64,000 bases of DNA from Chrysomallon squamiferum (GCA_012295275.1 CM022676.1:3348001-3412000); one strand, 5' to 3'. Shown: positions 44,601-59,640, counted from the stretch's first letter. Made by a program: numbers and translations. Notes: generated by a model not told the origin, from the sequence alone.

Positions 44601-44652
<52 letters not shown>

Positions 44653-45042
44653 TTTTTATTATTATTAATTTATTTAACTTCATTTTTTTTTTTAAATTTG
44701 TTATTTATCTATGTATTTATTTATTTATTTATTTATTTAATTTTATTAATATCATTTTAATTTTTTCGTTCTGCCCTTTTCTAACATAATATTTCGTGTG
44801 CAAACTTGTTTGAGATTTTGCAGCTGTCAGAAACTGTGTTTGATGTACATAAGTAGATTAACTAGAAAAATAACAAGACTTAATATGTGCTGTGTGCCAC
44901 AAACGATCTTAAAGGCTCTGTGAAAAATGTTAAACATTGCAGAGTACAGACACACAGAAACACAGACAGCGTGGCATGATGTAATATATCCACTATATTT
45001 AGAATGCTTTTACAAAACTACTACTACCACTATTATTATTAT

Positions 45043-45084
<42 letters not shown>

Positions 45085-45230
45085 TACTACTACTCAACCG
45101 TTACAGTTCTAGTACAATATGCCTAATTTTACTTTTACTACTTCTACTACTACTTTTATTTCTACTGCTACCACTATAACTTTTGGAACTACTTATATTT
45201 GTACTACTACTACTACTACAAGTACCACTA

Positions 45231-45520
45231 TAACTACAACTATCACAGTAACCTTTGCAACTACTACTATTTGTACTACTACTAATACTAATATTACTAC
45301 TCAACGTCTACAACTACAACTACTACTACTACAACTATCACAGTAACCTTTGCAACTACTACTATTTGTACTACTACTAATACTAATATTACTACTCAAC
45401 GTCTACAACTACAACTACTACTACTACAACTATCACAGTAACCTTTGCAACTACTACTATTTGTACTACTACTAATACTAATATTACTACTCAACGTCTA
45501 CAACTACAACTACTACTACA
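45231..45520. repeat. Three tandem copies of a 95-bp unit built on (ACT)n
   Basis: tatcacagtaacctttgcaac starts at 45241, 45336 and 45431. Confidence 0.95.
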
Positions 45521-45611
45521 ACAACAACTGATACTACTACTACAACTACAACTACTATTACTTTACTGCTACTAGTGCTACTACTACAACGTCTACAACT
45601 ACTACTACTTG

Positions 45612-45643
<32 letters not shown>

Positions 45644-45728
45644 ATAATAATAATAACAATTTCACATATCCATTATAATTATAATTATAGCGAAGGCGAC
45701 TACATGAAAGTCATGCTTGACACAAAAC

Positions 45729-45771
<43 letters not shown>

Positions 45772-45889
45772 GAAAAGTCCACTCCCTAAAAATAACAACA
45801 ACAAAAAAAAAAAAAAAAAATGAAAACTGAGTCTAAGTAAAGTGATATTAAGTGAAATGTTAAAGCAGCGAGGACATTGTTTGCTTTAT

Positions 45890-46118
45890 GTAACCACAAA
45901 TATGTGTGTTTATTGAACTAATAACCGCAGATGGTTTTTAATGGCGAAGTATTAGAAAAAAAAAAAGCCGATCCCTACAAAACCCCTGAACAAACCACAA
46001 ATTATGATAAGCGGCTAATAACGATATCAAAATGTTTACTCAATTATATTTCAAAATAGGTGAGTTATCTCGGTAATTGAGGCTGAGAACCGCAAAGAGA
46101 AAATAAATGTGAAAAAGG

Positions 46119-46149
<31 letters not shown>

Positions 46150-46202
46150 GAAAGAAGTTACAAGCCGCAAAGAAGGGGAAAATTGTGGAAGAAAACCACA
46201 AA
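45890..46202 (+). promoter_or_regulatory. RUNX motif cluster with GATA sites (candidate enhancer)
   Basis: AACCRCA at 45892, 45923, 45993, 46088 and 46194, a variant AGCCGCA at 46163, TGATAA at 46005 and TTATCT near 46065. Confidence 0.5.
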
Positions 46203-46233
46203 CGTGTTTAATCCCCGATTAGAACAAGAAGAT

Positions 46234-46270
<37 letters not shown>

Positions 46271-46381
46271 ATAGATAGAAGGATGAATGGATGGATGGAT
46301 GGATGAGTGGTTGGATGAATTTATGTATGTATGGATATGTTTATGATGTATGTATATCTCTTTCACTTCATTCTCTTTTAT

Positions 46382-46462
<81 letters not shown>

Positions 46463-47262
46463 AATAGATTTACAGAAATATTATTATTATTTTTATAAAT
46501 TAGTGGTGAGAATAAAATAGAAATTCGATTCAAAATAATAAATTTAATAATACCTGCAAGAAAGAACAGATGAAGTAAAGAAGAAAAAACAAAGAGAACG
46601 ACAGAAGAAGAAAAAGAAATACACTGAAATGTTAAGGTAACCCAGACAATATTCCAACAAATGGACAAACATTAAATAAATAAGTAAATAAACAAACAAA
46701 CAAACAAATAAATAAATAAAGACGAAGACGAAGAAATAACGTGTAAAAATCTAGACAAATAAACTTATTGCACTCTCACTGAACAGACGATTTTTTTTTT
46801 ATTTTCTTTTCTTTCTTTTAAATTAACTTCTAACACAAACGTCTTATCAGCGGAGTTCTATCTCAGAGCGGTGCTCTCAAAGTTCAGGCGGAGAGTACAA
46901 ATGACAAAGACTTGTTATACAGAGAGACACGAAATTGGCAACGGATCAACATAATTTATTTATCGTCTCGTCTCGCCCTTGCCGCGAGATTCTACGAGAG
47001 TTGATGAAAGTGGTTATCCGAAACCAGTGTCTCGCAGCATGTTCTACTTATTTTACTGCTGTTCTTATTATTTTTATTTATTCATTTATTTTTGTAATAA
47101 TTTGGTTGAAAGTGTTTTGTGATTTTTTTTTTTCCTCCTATGGACACAAGCACATAGAGACAGACAAGAAAGAAACACGTAATATTTGTATACAAATAAG
47201 CACACACATACACAAATAGATACATATTTGGTTTGATACATATATACAGGCATTTTAAAAGA

Positions 47263-47528
47263 TACATACCTACCTACATACATACCTACCTATCTACATA
47301 CATGCATACATACATATATGCATCCATTCATCTATCCAAACATAAATACACACATACATACATACATACATTCATATATACATGCATACATACATACATA
47401 CATACTTACATACATATATACATACATACATGCATGCATGCATGCATACATACATACATACATACATGCATACATACATACATACATACACATACATACA
47501 TACATACATACATACATACATACATACA
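47263..47528. repeat. (ACAT)n microsatellite
   Basis: Direct reading of the sequence. Confidence 0.9.
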
Positions 47529-48268
47529 ATAAATATTACATTTCCTTAAACAGAAACGAAAGCAGTTGTTGTTGTTGTGGTTGTTGTTAGAGTTGTTAGT
47601 TTATTGTTGTTTTGGTTGTTGCTGTTGATGTTGCTGCTGCTGCTATTAATTGTATTATCATTGTTGTTATTATTACTGCAAGTTGCAGTAGTTGTACTAG
47701 TCGTAGTGGTCGTAGTAGTAGTAATAACAGTAGTAGTAATATTGCCAAACACAAATAATTTCACATGTAAATCAAGAAACAAGAAAACATGCCAAGTGAT
47801 AGATAAATTAATTAATTAACGAATGAATGAATAAGAAACAAATTATAATTATTTTCATTATACTGATGATGATGATGATGTTGATAAAAACTAGAATAAT
47901 AACGATCATAATTAAGGCAAATTTACTTATATAAGTCTTTTGAGTTTGTATATTAATATTTTTCATATACAGAGAATTCTTATCAGTTAAGATAAAATTA
48001 ATGTATTCTATGAAAGTCAGCTTTCTTTTCTGTAAGAAAAACAGTTAAACAGAATGTTTGTTTCGTTACTATTTTTAATATGATGCATGTGAAATGTACA
48101 CACACACACACACACACTAAAACATGCTCACACACACAGACATAGACACATATACACGAACATATATATATATATACGTATACACATAAACACATATATA
48201 CGTAGATGTAGATAACTATATAGATAGATAGATAGACAGATAGATAGATAGAAAGACAGACAGATAGT

Positions 48269-48300
<32 letters not shown>

Positions 48301-48620
48301 GAAAAATAGATAAATGTATTTCTTTCTTACTTTTGCATACTGGTAGTTAAAGGTCTCAAATAATTTACTTATACAGTTATATATGTAAGTACTTATCTTC
48401 AAAACATAAATTAATTTATTTTCAATCTTAAGAAAACAATCTGATAATAAATGCTTGTAATTATTTTAATTTGGTTTGCGAGAAACGTTTTCTCTTTCCT
48501 ATTTTCATTTAAATTATTTGCTTAATAAAAATTGGAATTTTGTAAGTAAAACATGTTTATATTTGTAATTTTTAATTTACGTTATGAAATCTTGGAGGTA
48601 TCTAACTAGAGGTAGTATAA

Positions 48621-48677
<57 letters not shown>

Positions 48678-49327
48678 CAATAATAATCATAACAAACGAA
48701 ACTAACAGGGAAGAAATGAAAACAAATATTTTAAAAATTCAAATAAAAATAAGAAACAGATAACGATAATGATAATAATTACAACAACGAAAGAAGCTTT
48801 ATTTAAAATTTAAAATAAATATTTTACAAATTATTTTTATACTGTTTAAAAAGAAATTGTTTTTGATGCTAGTGTTGTTATTGTTGTTGTTATTGTTCCT
48901 GTGTTGTTATAATAATTATCGTCCTTATTACTATCATCCCCATTATTTATTTGTTTATTTCAATTTTATTTTATTTTCATTTATTAATCTTTTTATATCA
49001 TTTTATATTAAGAATAACTTCGAGGTAATTAAGTTAAAATATTTAATTTTGTTATTATTATTATTATTATTATTAATCTTATTATTATTACAAAAATTCA
49101 CCATAATCTATTTGGTGTTAGAATCTATATACAGATTTCAGTTAATGATCGAACACAAGGTTTAGAAAGTTTCTTCTTATTATTTTCAGATTAGTAAAAT
49201 ATAAACACTAATAATTAATCGGATATATTTGTTGTACCTATGAAATAAAAATTTACATTTAAATAAAAATATATTATTAATATAAATAATATCAGTCTAC
49301 ATAAATAACGAAATTATATTTTAAAAA

Positions 49328-49424
49328 GTATGATATTTGTAAATAAACAAGAAATAAAGATAGGTATGATATTTGTAAATAAACAAGAAGTAAAAAAATA
49401 TTTGTAAATAAACAAGAAATAAAG
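49328..49424. repeat. Three copies of a ~35-bp unit (atatttgtaaataaacaagaa core)
   Basis: Direct reading of the sequence. Confidence 0.85.
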
Positions 49425-50372
49425 ACAGAAAAAGATAAAAAAAATCCAGTGAAATTACCTCAAATTTATTTATTTTGTCTTTATTACATATTCTTGTTTT
49501 ATTATATTATATTTTTATTTATTTATAGATTTGTTTATTATTATTATTATTATTATTATTATTTATTTTTAAATATATGTTTATTTATTTATTTATTTGT
49601 TTGTACGAAAATCTCTATCTATACATATGTATCAATCAATCTGTCTACCTAAAACAACAATAATAATAATAGAATAGCGAAATAATTTCCGATAATAATT
49701 ACATAATATTTATTTATTAAACATTTTAAAATAAAACATTTATCTTTTTAAAATTAATTCACTAATATACTAGAATTTTAAAATAAAAACAAGAATAATA
49801 AATAAATCAATAAATCAATTAAAAAAAATAATAAAAAGAAAATAAAAGAAGGAAAGAATTTAGACACTATATCAAAAATAAATATGGTTTACAATATGCT
49901 TCTATATTTTCTTAAAAATGCTATTACTATCTAAATATTTAATATTTAAAAAAAATTAAACTATTTCAGTATAAGAATAATATTAATTTACGAAAAAAGG
50001 AAAGAAAAAAAAAAAAACACCCCAAAAACCTATAAAAAAACCAACAAAAAAAAACCACATACACACCTGCAAATCATAATTTTGCTATAAATAATTTGAG
50101 AACCAGTATTAACCATTATTTTACAGATAAAGTATATTTAATATATAATTACTATTAATATGCATTCATTTTATTACTATGCAGATAATACATTTTTATT
50201 TTTTACCCTTCCCCTTGAAATCTTGATTTTCCGGTATATAAAAACAAACAGTTTTCGCTATTACTTCAGAATATTTTAAAAGTCACTTACGATCTTTTAA
50301 TGATAAAATGTACTTGTATTTAGTAGAATATGTTAAACAGAAGAGCAAAAAATAGTTAAATACTTTCACTAT

Positions 50373-50429
<57 letters not shown>

Positions 50430-52439
50430 GGATCGATAGATAGATAACTATAGATATTAATATCAGAAAATATAATACAATTGACAAATTAAAAGAATAT
50501 TATTCTGTTTTCAGAAAGATAAATTAAATGTTATTATTATTAGTATTATTATTAGTTATTATTATTACTGTTGTTGTTACTGTTATTATTTATTCTCTTA
50601 TATATTGCTGTTTCATATTTAAAACATCACAGTTAATTAATATACTCTACATTAATAAAATCGATGTTATAAAAGAAAAACAATTATTATATTAGAACTA
50701 ATTCTGTATTATTTAAATGTTATTATATCAATGAAGTTTTATTAAATGAGATCTCAATTTCAAATCGTAAAACAAAAGGATGATGATGATGTTGATGACG
50801 ATAAGAACAAGAACAATATTAATAATAATAATAATGAAATGAAGAAATTATTGTTAATAGATTATGATTCCATACAACTAACTTCAAATATTACTAATTA
50901 GACAAAATATACAATAAATAAATAAATAAATAAATAAATAAACTGGCGTTATATTGGTGATTAAAAATGTATTTTATAAATACAAATGCAATAATTTATA
51001 TCTAAATTATATATTCATTTATCTGTTTTAGCATTTAAAACTAAATTATTTATTATATTTATATTTTAAAAACACTATTTCGAAGACACAAAAATTAAAT
51101 ATATCAGATGTTTACTTTCAAAAATATGAAATTTTATATAATATTTGAAAATTAATATTTTACTTTTTCCAAATATAATTCGATTAGTTCAATTTATGTG
51201 TCGTACATAGATTTTATTTATTTATTTTGTTTTATTATTATTAACGCTACAATATGGCAGTTATGATTTATATATCTATTATTAATTTACTGATCTATTA
51301 TCTGGGTAATAGATCCTTCATTATTATTATTACTGTTGTTATCATCATCATCATCATCATCATCATTATTATTATTATTATTATTACTATATGATTCTCT
51401 TTTTTTCTCTTTTCATTCTTTTGAAAATTAGTTTTGAAATAAAACCATATTTTCTTTACAAATTTTAATTTTGCTTCATCAGTTTTATAACATTTTTTCT
51501 GAAATTTATAATCATAAATTTTTTACTTACTCATTTAAAAAATTCCACAATATTCGTGTTTCTGATTTCTTTGCTTTCATATACATTACATTCAATTAAA
51601 AATAACGTCGAAAAATGGGGAAAATATGCAACTTTTCACTTCTCTCTGGGTGAAAATTTTATGCTGCTGTATTTCTGTCCCCCGGCCCCCCCCCCCCGAT
51701 CCCCTCACTCTTTTATTTTATTTATAATATAAATATTTTGTATATATATATGTGTGTGTGTGTGTGTGTATATATATGTTTGTAAGTATGTATGTACATA
51801 TGTATTATGTGTGTGTATATGAATAAAACAGTTTTCTTTTAATTTAATTTTACAACACTACAACAAGATACAATTGAAAGTATTAGAATATTTATATCTT
51901 GATTAAACTTATTCATATATTTTATTAGATAATTCATATTACTATGTCGTAATTATGAAATATATTTTGTCTGAGTTTATATATATATATATATATATAT
52001 CAATCTGTCTGGAACTTTAAATGTATAATTGTCTTTTTTTTTCTTTTAATTTTACTTTTAATCCATCTTTTAAACTAAAATATATATATATATATAACTT
52101 TAATACATAATATATATGTAAATTTGAACTTTCAAATAGGTTATTTTTCAGATTAATTTGGTATAAATTAACTAAATTAAACATTATTTAAACACAAATT
52201 ACATTAAAATGCTATTCAATCCGCAATTACTGTCTTATAAAATCACTTTTGCGCCAATACAAGGTACCATATAAACAATTTCAAAAATATTAAATATAGG
52301 TCAGAACTTATGTAGAAAAATGCTCGATGTACTAACAAAATAATTCAAAAAGAAATATTTTCTTCTCACAATTTAACATACTAACCAGTCTCACGTTCTT
52401 AGTCTGATGTCAATTTCTTCGTTTCCATTTTTCTCTTTT

Positions 52440-52620
52440 CAGAGAGAAAATCGATAAAAGAACGCACACATGAGCTTTTCGCGAAAACCCTAGACGCGCA
52501 AGAGAAAACTCGGCACTATTTCACATCGCGGATATATAGATAACGCCTTGGCGCAAGTAAGTCAAGATCTGGCTTACGATTGGACGTTTGTCAAAACTGC
52601 ATATCACGTGACCTCATCAG
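52440..52620. promoter_or_regulatory. CpG-rich island with E2F-like, CCAAT and E-box motifs (promoter or enhancer)
   Basis: Palindrome TTTTCGCGAAAA at 52476-52487, TTGGCGC at 52548-52554, ATTGG at 52579-52583 and TCACGTGA at 52604-52611. Confidence 0.45.
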
Positions 52621-54765
52621 ATTCACCCCAGCAGTATTCTAAGGAAACTGGCTCGGGTTTCTGAAATAAGCTTATACAGCTTAAGGCTTCTTCCGTCCCA
52701 TGCTTATGTAATTTTGTTATTAAAAAAATGCCGCATTTTGTTATATTATGTACAGTGTATACGTATATTATTATATTACACAGTATTGTTACCTTGTTAT
52801 ATGACATTATATTATGTTTTATGTAATCTATGTTATAATTAATTTTATGACATTACATTTCGTTATATTCAAATTAGATCAAGAAACTTTATATTATATT
52901 ATATTATATTAAATTATGCAAAGATGAAAACGGTATATATTAAAATACATACCTTTCTGTTTTATTTTCTAATTTATATTTTCTTCCCATTAAGAATTTG
53001 TATTAGTTTAAATAATATGTAGTTAATTCTCGTATTATTATTCTTTTGGACAGTATTTTATATCTTGCTTACAGAAGTAAATATATTTATGATGTTCATA
53101 TAATTAAGTATTTACGTTTTCTGATAACACTTATACAAGCGTATGATAATAAAACTGATGATGATGATGATGATGATGTGACTGTAGTAGTAGTAGTAGT
53201 AGTAGTAGTAGTAATAGTAGCAGTTATGGAAGAAATCGTAATAGTAATTCTAGTAATAAAACTAACACTAATTTTATAATAATAATAATTATTCGAAATT
53301 AATATTATTAGAAAATAATATATTTGATTTCAAAAACTATACAGTTTTTAAATAATAATAATAATAATACAAACAGTAGTAGTAGTAGTAGTAGAAGTTA
53401 TTGTTTTTGTTGTAATTTTGATGGTGATAGTAGTTGCAATAGCAACGACAACAACATGTAATTTAAAATATTTCATGTGAACCAAATTATAAAGTGGCGG
53501 CCAACAAACAAACAAACAAAAAATAAAATAAAATAAAATAAAATAAAATAAAATAAAATAAAATAAAAGAAAAGAAAAAAAAAAAACAAAACAAAAGAAA
53601 AAAACAAGAAGGAATAATAATAATAATTAAATAAAGAAATAAAAATGGAAAAAACGTAAATTTCTTTTCCTTCTTTCTTTCTTTTTTTTTTATTTTTTTT
53701 TTTTATTTTTTTTTTTTTTGTCAAAAAATATAAATAAATAAATAAAAAATAAAAAAGTGAGAAATGTAAATGTACAGTAACTAAGATTTTTCTCTCTCTC
53801 TCTCCGTCTTTTTTCTTTTCTTTTCTTTTCATTACATTTTCTTTCGCTGTTTTTCTTCTTTTTTTTTCTTTTTTTTTTTTTTAAATTTGTCAAACTTGTA
53901 AATTTTGAATGGAAAAAATTCTTAATTTCTTTAAATGTAATATTTAAAGAAACTGAAGACATCGTTCCATTCTAAAACGCCTAAGAGAAAATAGAATATC
54001 GTAAATATTTATGACGTTTCCAAGCTATTTTCTTATTTTATTTTATTAATTTTTTTCGAAAATGTATTTATTTCTTGACCGCCATTGTTTTGTTATGATA
54101 TTTTATATTATGTTAAATTAAATTATATTATATTGTATTGTATTATATTATATTATTATATTATTATATTATATTATATTATATTATATTATATTATATT
54201 ATATTATATTATATTTTTGGTATATTGAGTTTTGTTGTATTATTTTATGTTATATTATATTATTTTACATTGTTTTATATTACCGTGTATTATGTCACAC
54301 TGTATTATATTATATTATAATATGATATGTTATGATATGTTATGTTACATTACATTACAATATGATATAAATATGTATGTATGTATGCTAAGTTATGTTA
54401 CATTATTTCATATCGTACTGTACTATATTAAAAAGTATTTTATTTTATTATAATTTATTTTATTTGTAATTTATTTATTTATTATATTTGTTTGTCTGTT
54501 TGTTAATAAAAAATAATAATAAAATTAAAATTAAAATTAAATAAACTAAATTGAATTAAATTTAAAAAAAAATAATAATAAAAACTGATTAGAAACTGTA
54601 TGAATATATAACTCTTAAAATATATACCAAGTTTTCAAAACTAATTAATTGTAACTGAATCATGATACATAAAAATATTTTGCTTTAAATTAAAAAAAAA
54701 GAAGAAGAAAATAATAATAATACTACTACTAATAATACTAATACTAATAATAATAATACTACTAC

Positions 54766-54796
<31 letters not shown>

Positions 54797-54867
54797 AAAA
54801 TTAAAACAAAGCAAACCCAGAATATAATATTATGTCGTTATATTAGTAACAGCAAATTAGCAGTTGC

Positions 54868-54928
<61 letters not shown>

Positions 54929-55238
54929 ATAGCATATAATAGGTATACAAAGCAGCGTATATAAAATTAGTATTACTATTATCTTTACGATGGTATTTGT
55001 TTGCTTATATATATATAAGTAATTTAACGAGTATGCAGATGTCGTTTGTTGTATGCTGGTTCAAACTGGAGTTAGTACATTGTGAAATGAACCTGATACA
55101 CAGAAAGCTTTTGTTTCAAATTACAAAAACGAAAAAGTAAAAAGACAGAAAAGAAGAAAGAGAGAAAAAAATAATTAAAACATAACAAACAAAACACCAG
55201 AAACTATATATTTTTAAACTAATAAGTCAGCAAATCAG

Positions 55239-55285
<47 letters not shown>

Positions 55286-57340
55286 CTTATAGTTTTAGTT
55301 CAATACTTAATGGAAAAATATTTTATATTTATTTATTTTATCCCCTCTATCTTTTTTTTTTTTTCAATATATTTTATTCGCTTATAATTATGATTGTTAA
55401 ATAATTGAATAATTAACTATTTAGCTTAATTATTTATTATGTTCATTATTTGTATTGTTGTTATTACTACTACTACTTCTACTGCTACTATTACAACTGC
55501 TACTACAACTGCTACTACTACTATTGCTGCCATGTTGTTGTTTTTTATTTGTTTATTTTAAACAAGAATAATAATAACAACACGAGAAGAAAAACTTAAC
55601 GTAGAAGATAAAAGTTATTTAAAAACTTTAAAAATGTTTAAAACACACGAACATTTTCTATTGTAAGGAAATTCTTCTACTCTTCTTTAAAAAAAAAAAA
55701 AAAAAAAAAATAGAAAGACAAAAAGAAAATGAGAAAAGTTTAGAAAGAAAAGAAATAAATAATAAAAAAATTAACAATATATAATGGTATGATTCATATG
55801 AGAATGATTCTTGAAACGATGGAGGTGATCTATGAAAAAATAGAATTTGAAATTTCTGTCACTTGAGGCTGCGGGTGTGTTTTTGTTCACGCCGTGGTAT
55901 TAATAACGGCACGTCGTCTTAGAGAAAAAGTTTTGTCGAAATTATAGTTCCGAGAAATTACTAATGTATGGAAGACCGACGGTGATAATTACTGTGTTGA
56001 AATAAATCTATGGAAGCTCAAGAGGTGTCATGTAACTTTTTTTTTTTTTTTTTTATAAATTTAAAAAAAAAAATTCATATTAATTTTCCTTGTTAAATTT
56101 TAATTTTCTTATTTTATTTTATTTTATTTATTTAATTAATTATTTATTTATATATTTGTTTGTTTGTTTGTTTGTTAATTTATATTCGTTTTTATTTGTC
56201 TTCATCTGACTTGTCGGACTTACGTCTATTAATATTAGCAGACACACAAACGTCCAACAGACAACGTGACAAGGTCATTGTTGTCTAGACAGTCACACAG
56301 GCAGACAGACAGAGAGACAGACATCATGTGACAAAGACATAATCACATGTCTAGACTTAAACTGACATAAGTAAATAATTAAAAAAATATTACGCTAATC
56401 GCACATACGCTTTCATAAGTAAAAGCAAATCGCTTATTTCATTTATTATAGATGTTGTTACAAGTGTTATTAAAGTGTGGCAAGTTGGTGCAGAAGATAC
56501 GAAAACTGGCGATGAGAGATGTAAATAAGATAATTTTTGAATTATCTTCAGTTATTTTTAGCAGTTTTTAATTTTTATTTATTTATTTTTTAATTTTTTT
56601 TTTTTTTTTTTAATTTTTTTATTTAAATTAATTTATTTATGAATAATGTAGAACGAGTAAGTAAATATGTACATAAATACTATATACGATATGTACGACT
56701 ACTACTACTGATAATAAGGCAACAACAACAACAGCAACAACGACTACAACAATAATGATAATGATGATAATGATGATGATAATTAAATAAATAAATAAAT
56801 GAATGATTATTAATTTTAATAAATTCGCTTTAAATACAACTCTTTTCAATGTCTGTTTTTTCTGTTGGTTTGAGTCTGTGTGTGTGTCTTTCTGTACATA
56901 TATATATATATATATGTCTGTGTGTGCGTGTGTGCGTGAGCTACTCTGAAATTACACTTAAGGAAACCAGCTGCTAACCTTCCATCATCAGCTGGAAATA
57001 ATGTCTTTGACACGTGATCTATGACGTATGCAGCAACCCGCAAACAGGAAAATGCAAAAAGTGGCATGTTCAGAGGTTTTGTGCCCCACCCAGGAGTTAC
57101 GTCTGTACTAACAAACTCGTATTAACTTCCTTGTACACAGGAGGATGTTCAGAACAATATCACTTGTTAGAAATACGTGTTATACAGTACACGTGTGTGA
57201 ACAGCAGTGTAGCAAACATCATTAATATCTCACTGTTACTGTGGGTGTTATTTTGATGTTCTTGTGAGTCTACTGGGTCTTTCGTAATCTCATTGAAAAC
57301 AAAATAAATAAATAAACAAGCTACACAAAAACAGCCAAAA

Positions 57341-57381
<41 letters not shown>

Positions 57382-57674
57382 TGATGATAATAATAAATAA
57401 ATAAATTTAAAAAAAAAAATAAAAAAAAAAATAAAAAAAAAAGAAGGATAATATAAGACGTTAATGTTTTTTTTTTATATGAAGAGTAACTATGAATTTA
57501 GACTATGGCCTTATACTATCAACCTCTTATGAAAACTTATGTATTAATTTAGCCAAACATTTTAGATTAAATACAAACACATATTTCATTGTTAAAAATA
57601 AATATTGGAGCTAGAGAAATAGATAGATATACGGACAAGCAGAAAGGCAGATAGGAGGGAAAGGAAACATATAT

Positions 57675-57799
<125 letters not shown>

Positions 57800-58085
57800 G
57801 TGGGGATAAAGGAGACAGAGAGAGTCATACACAATTATAATATTATAAAAAGCCTGTGTATTTTTTATATTCCTCTCTTTTCATATCGACGAGGATTCTC
57901 CAACTGTTAACGTTTACAAATTTGATAATTATATCCCACTTAACGTACTAATCTGAACAGAGACGATCAAAAGTCACTGTATATTAAAATACGTTCTTTG
58001 TGACTTAATACAGACTAGGTTCTTTTTTTTTTTAGGTTTTTTTATATTGAAATTTCATACAATAGCTTGTGATACGACAACCAAG

Positions 58086-58104
58086 TAGCGCCACCTAGCG
58101 CTTA
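58086..58104 (-). promoter_or_regulatory. CTCF binding motif
   Basis: tagcgccacctagcgctta closely matches the reverse-complement CTCF consensus TAGCGCC(A/C)CCT(A/G)GTGG. Confidence 0.55.
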
Positions 58105-58369
58105 ATGGGTTGCATACAAAAATTATTATAATTATTTCGAAACATAAATTATTGCAGCTCTGTATAACATTAGAAATAGACGTCATTAGTCAGTAAGCAG
58201 AACTTTTTCTCACAATGGAGGTATGACGTATGGACGTTAATTACGTCATGAAATATGATAGTGTTATTTTAAAACATTATGTAAATCAGGAGAACAGAAG
58301 TTTATAATCTGAGCTGCACGACTGTTTTATTTAAAATGTGAAATTCTATTTGCACTGGTAATTCAAATT

Positions 58370-59480
58370 ACAAGTGTTGATTCAGTTTAAATTAGTAATT
58401 CAATTAGCTCGCGAGAAATCACGTTTAAAGTGGCTAGTCGAATAATGCATGATAAATCACGTTAAATTATCAAATCAAATAACACGTTATGAATCACGTT
58501 GAAGTAGTAAATCAAATAAAACGTGGGAAAAATCAGGCTAAAAAAATTCACGTTAATGAAGTACTTCAAATAAAACGTGACAAATCACGTTAAAGCAGCA
58601 ATATAAAGTAGTAATTGGAGTTCAAGAAACAGGTGGCATTTCATGTCAAATAACTCAGTGAAGTAATATGTGGCAATTTACATTAAAACGACGTTTAAAA
58701 TAGCACGGTATAATTCTGGTAACACATTTCATGTTAAAATGACATTTGAAGTACGACATGATGACATTTCTAGTAAAACATGCTAGTTCAGTTTAAAATG
58801 GCCACAGAATTTACACGTGTCAGTTCAGTCCACGTTAAAGTAACTCAGTGTGAGAATTCAGCCTGAATTCTTGTTACAAAGATACTGTAATTCAAGTCAT
58901 GTAATTAGATAGAAGTGGCAGTTGAACTATCATGCGATAAATTAAAGTCGGAATGACAGCAAAAGTAAAACATTATAATTCAAGATAACGCGACAAGTCA
59001 AGTAGTACGTGGCAATCCAAATAATACGTGATGATTCAAATAACGTGACAGTTGAAGCATCCCATGGTAATTCAAGTTAAAGTGACAACAGAGATAACAT
59101 AATAATTCAAAGTTGAAGTGACAAGTGAAATAACGTGATAATTCATGTTAAAACTGCAGCTGATTCATAACCTGATTATTCAAAATAAAGTGACAATTGA
59201 AGTAACACAGGATCATTCATTCAAGTTAAAGTGAAGATAACAAAAGTATCACTTGGTGATTTTAAAGATAACGTGATAATTCAGTAATTATAATTGAAAT
59301 AACAGCTGAGATAACAGGTAGTAATTCAAGTTAATAAGTAAAACGTGACATCGCAGTCTGCACATGGCAATATAAGTAACACGTGATTACTCACAATAAT
59401 GCAACAATGTGCGTTATGTGGTAACTTAAACTGAACTAGCGATTCATATTACAGTTCAAAATACACTCAGCAATTATCAT
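58370..59480. repeat. Old degenerate minisatellite (aattcaagttaaa / taacacgtgata motifs)
   Basis: Recurrent aaatcacgttaa, tcaaataa(a/c)acgtg and aattcaagttaaagtga units; the period is irregular. Confidence 0.7.
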
Positions 59481-59640
59481 TACATTGGTAGCTCAAGTTT
59501 AGAGTAATTCAGATTTCTCTTGTATTAATCAAGCTACTAACAGTAATAGTTATTTACAGTGATTATTATTATTATCATTATTACTACTACTACTACTACC
59601 ACTATTAGTATTATTAGTAGCAGTAATAGTAGTATTACTA

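Noticed and set aside
45017-45650. Thr-rich mucin-like or shell-matrix-like ORF
   Set aside because: It is (ACT)n microsatellite, and the embedded repeat has period 95 (not a multiple of 3), which shifts the frame and introduces stops.
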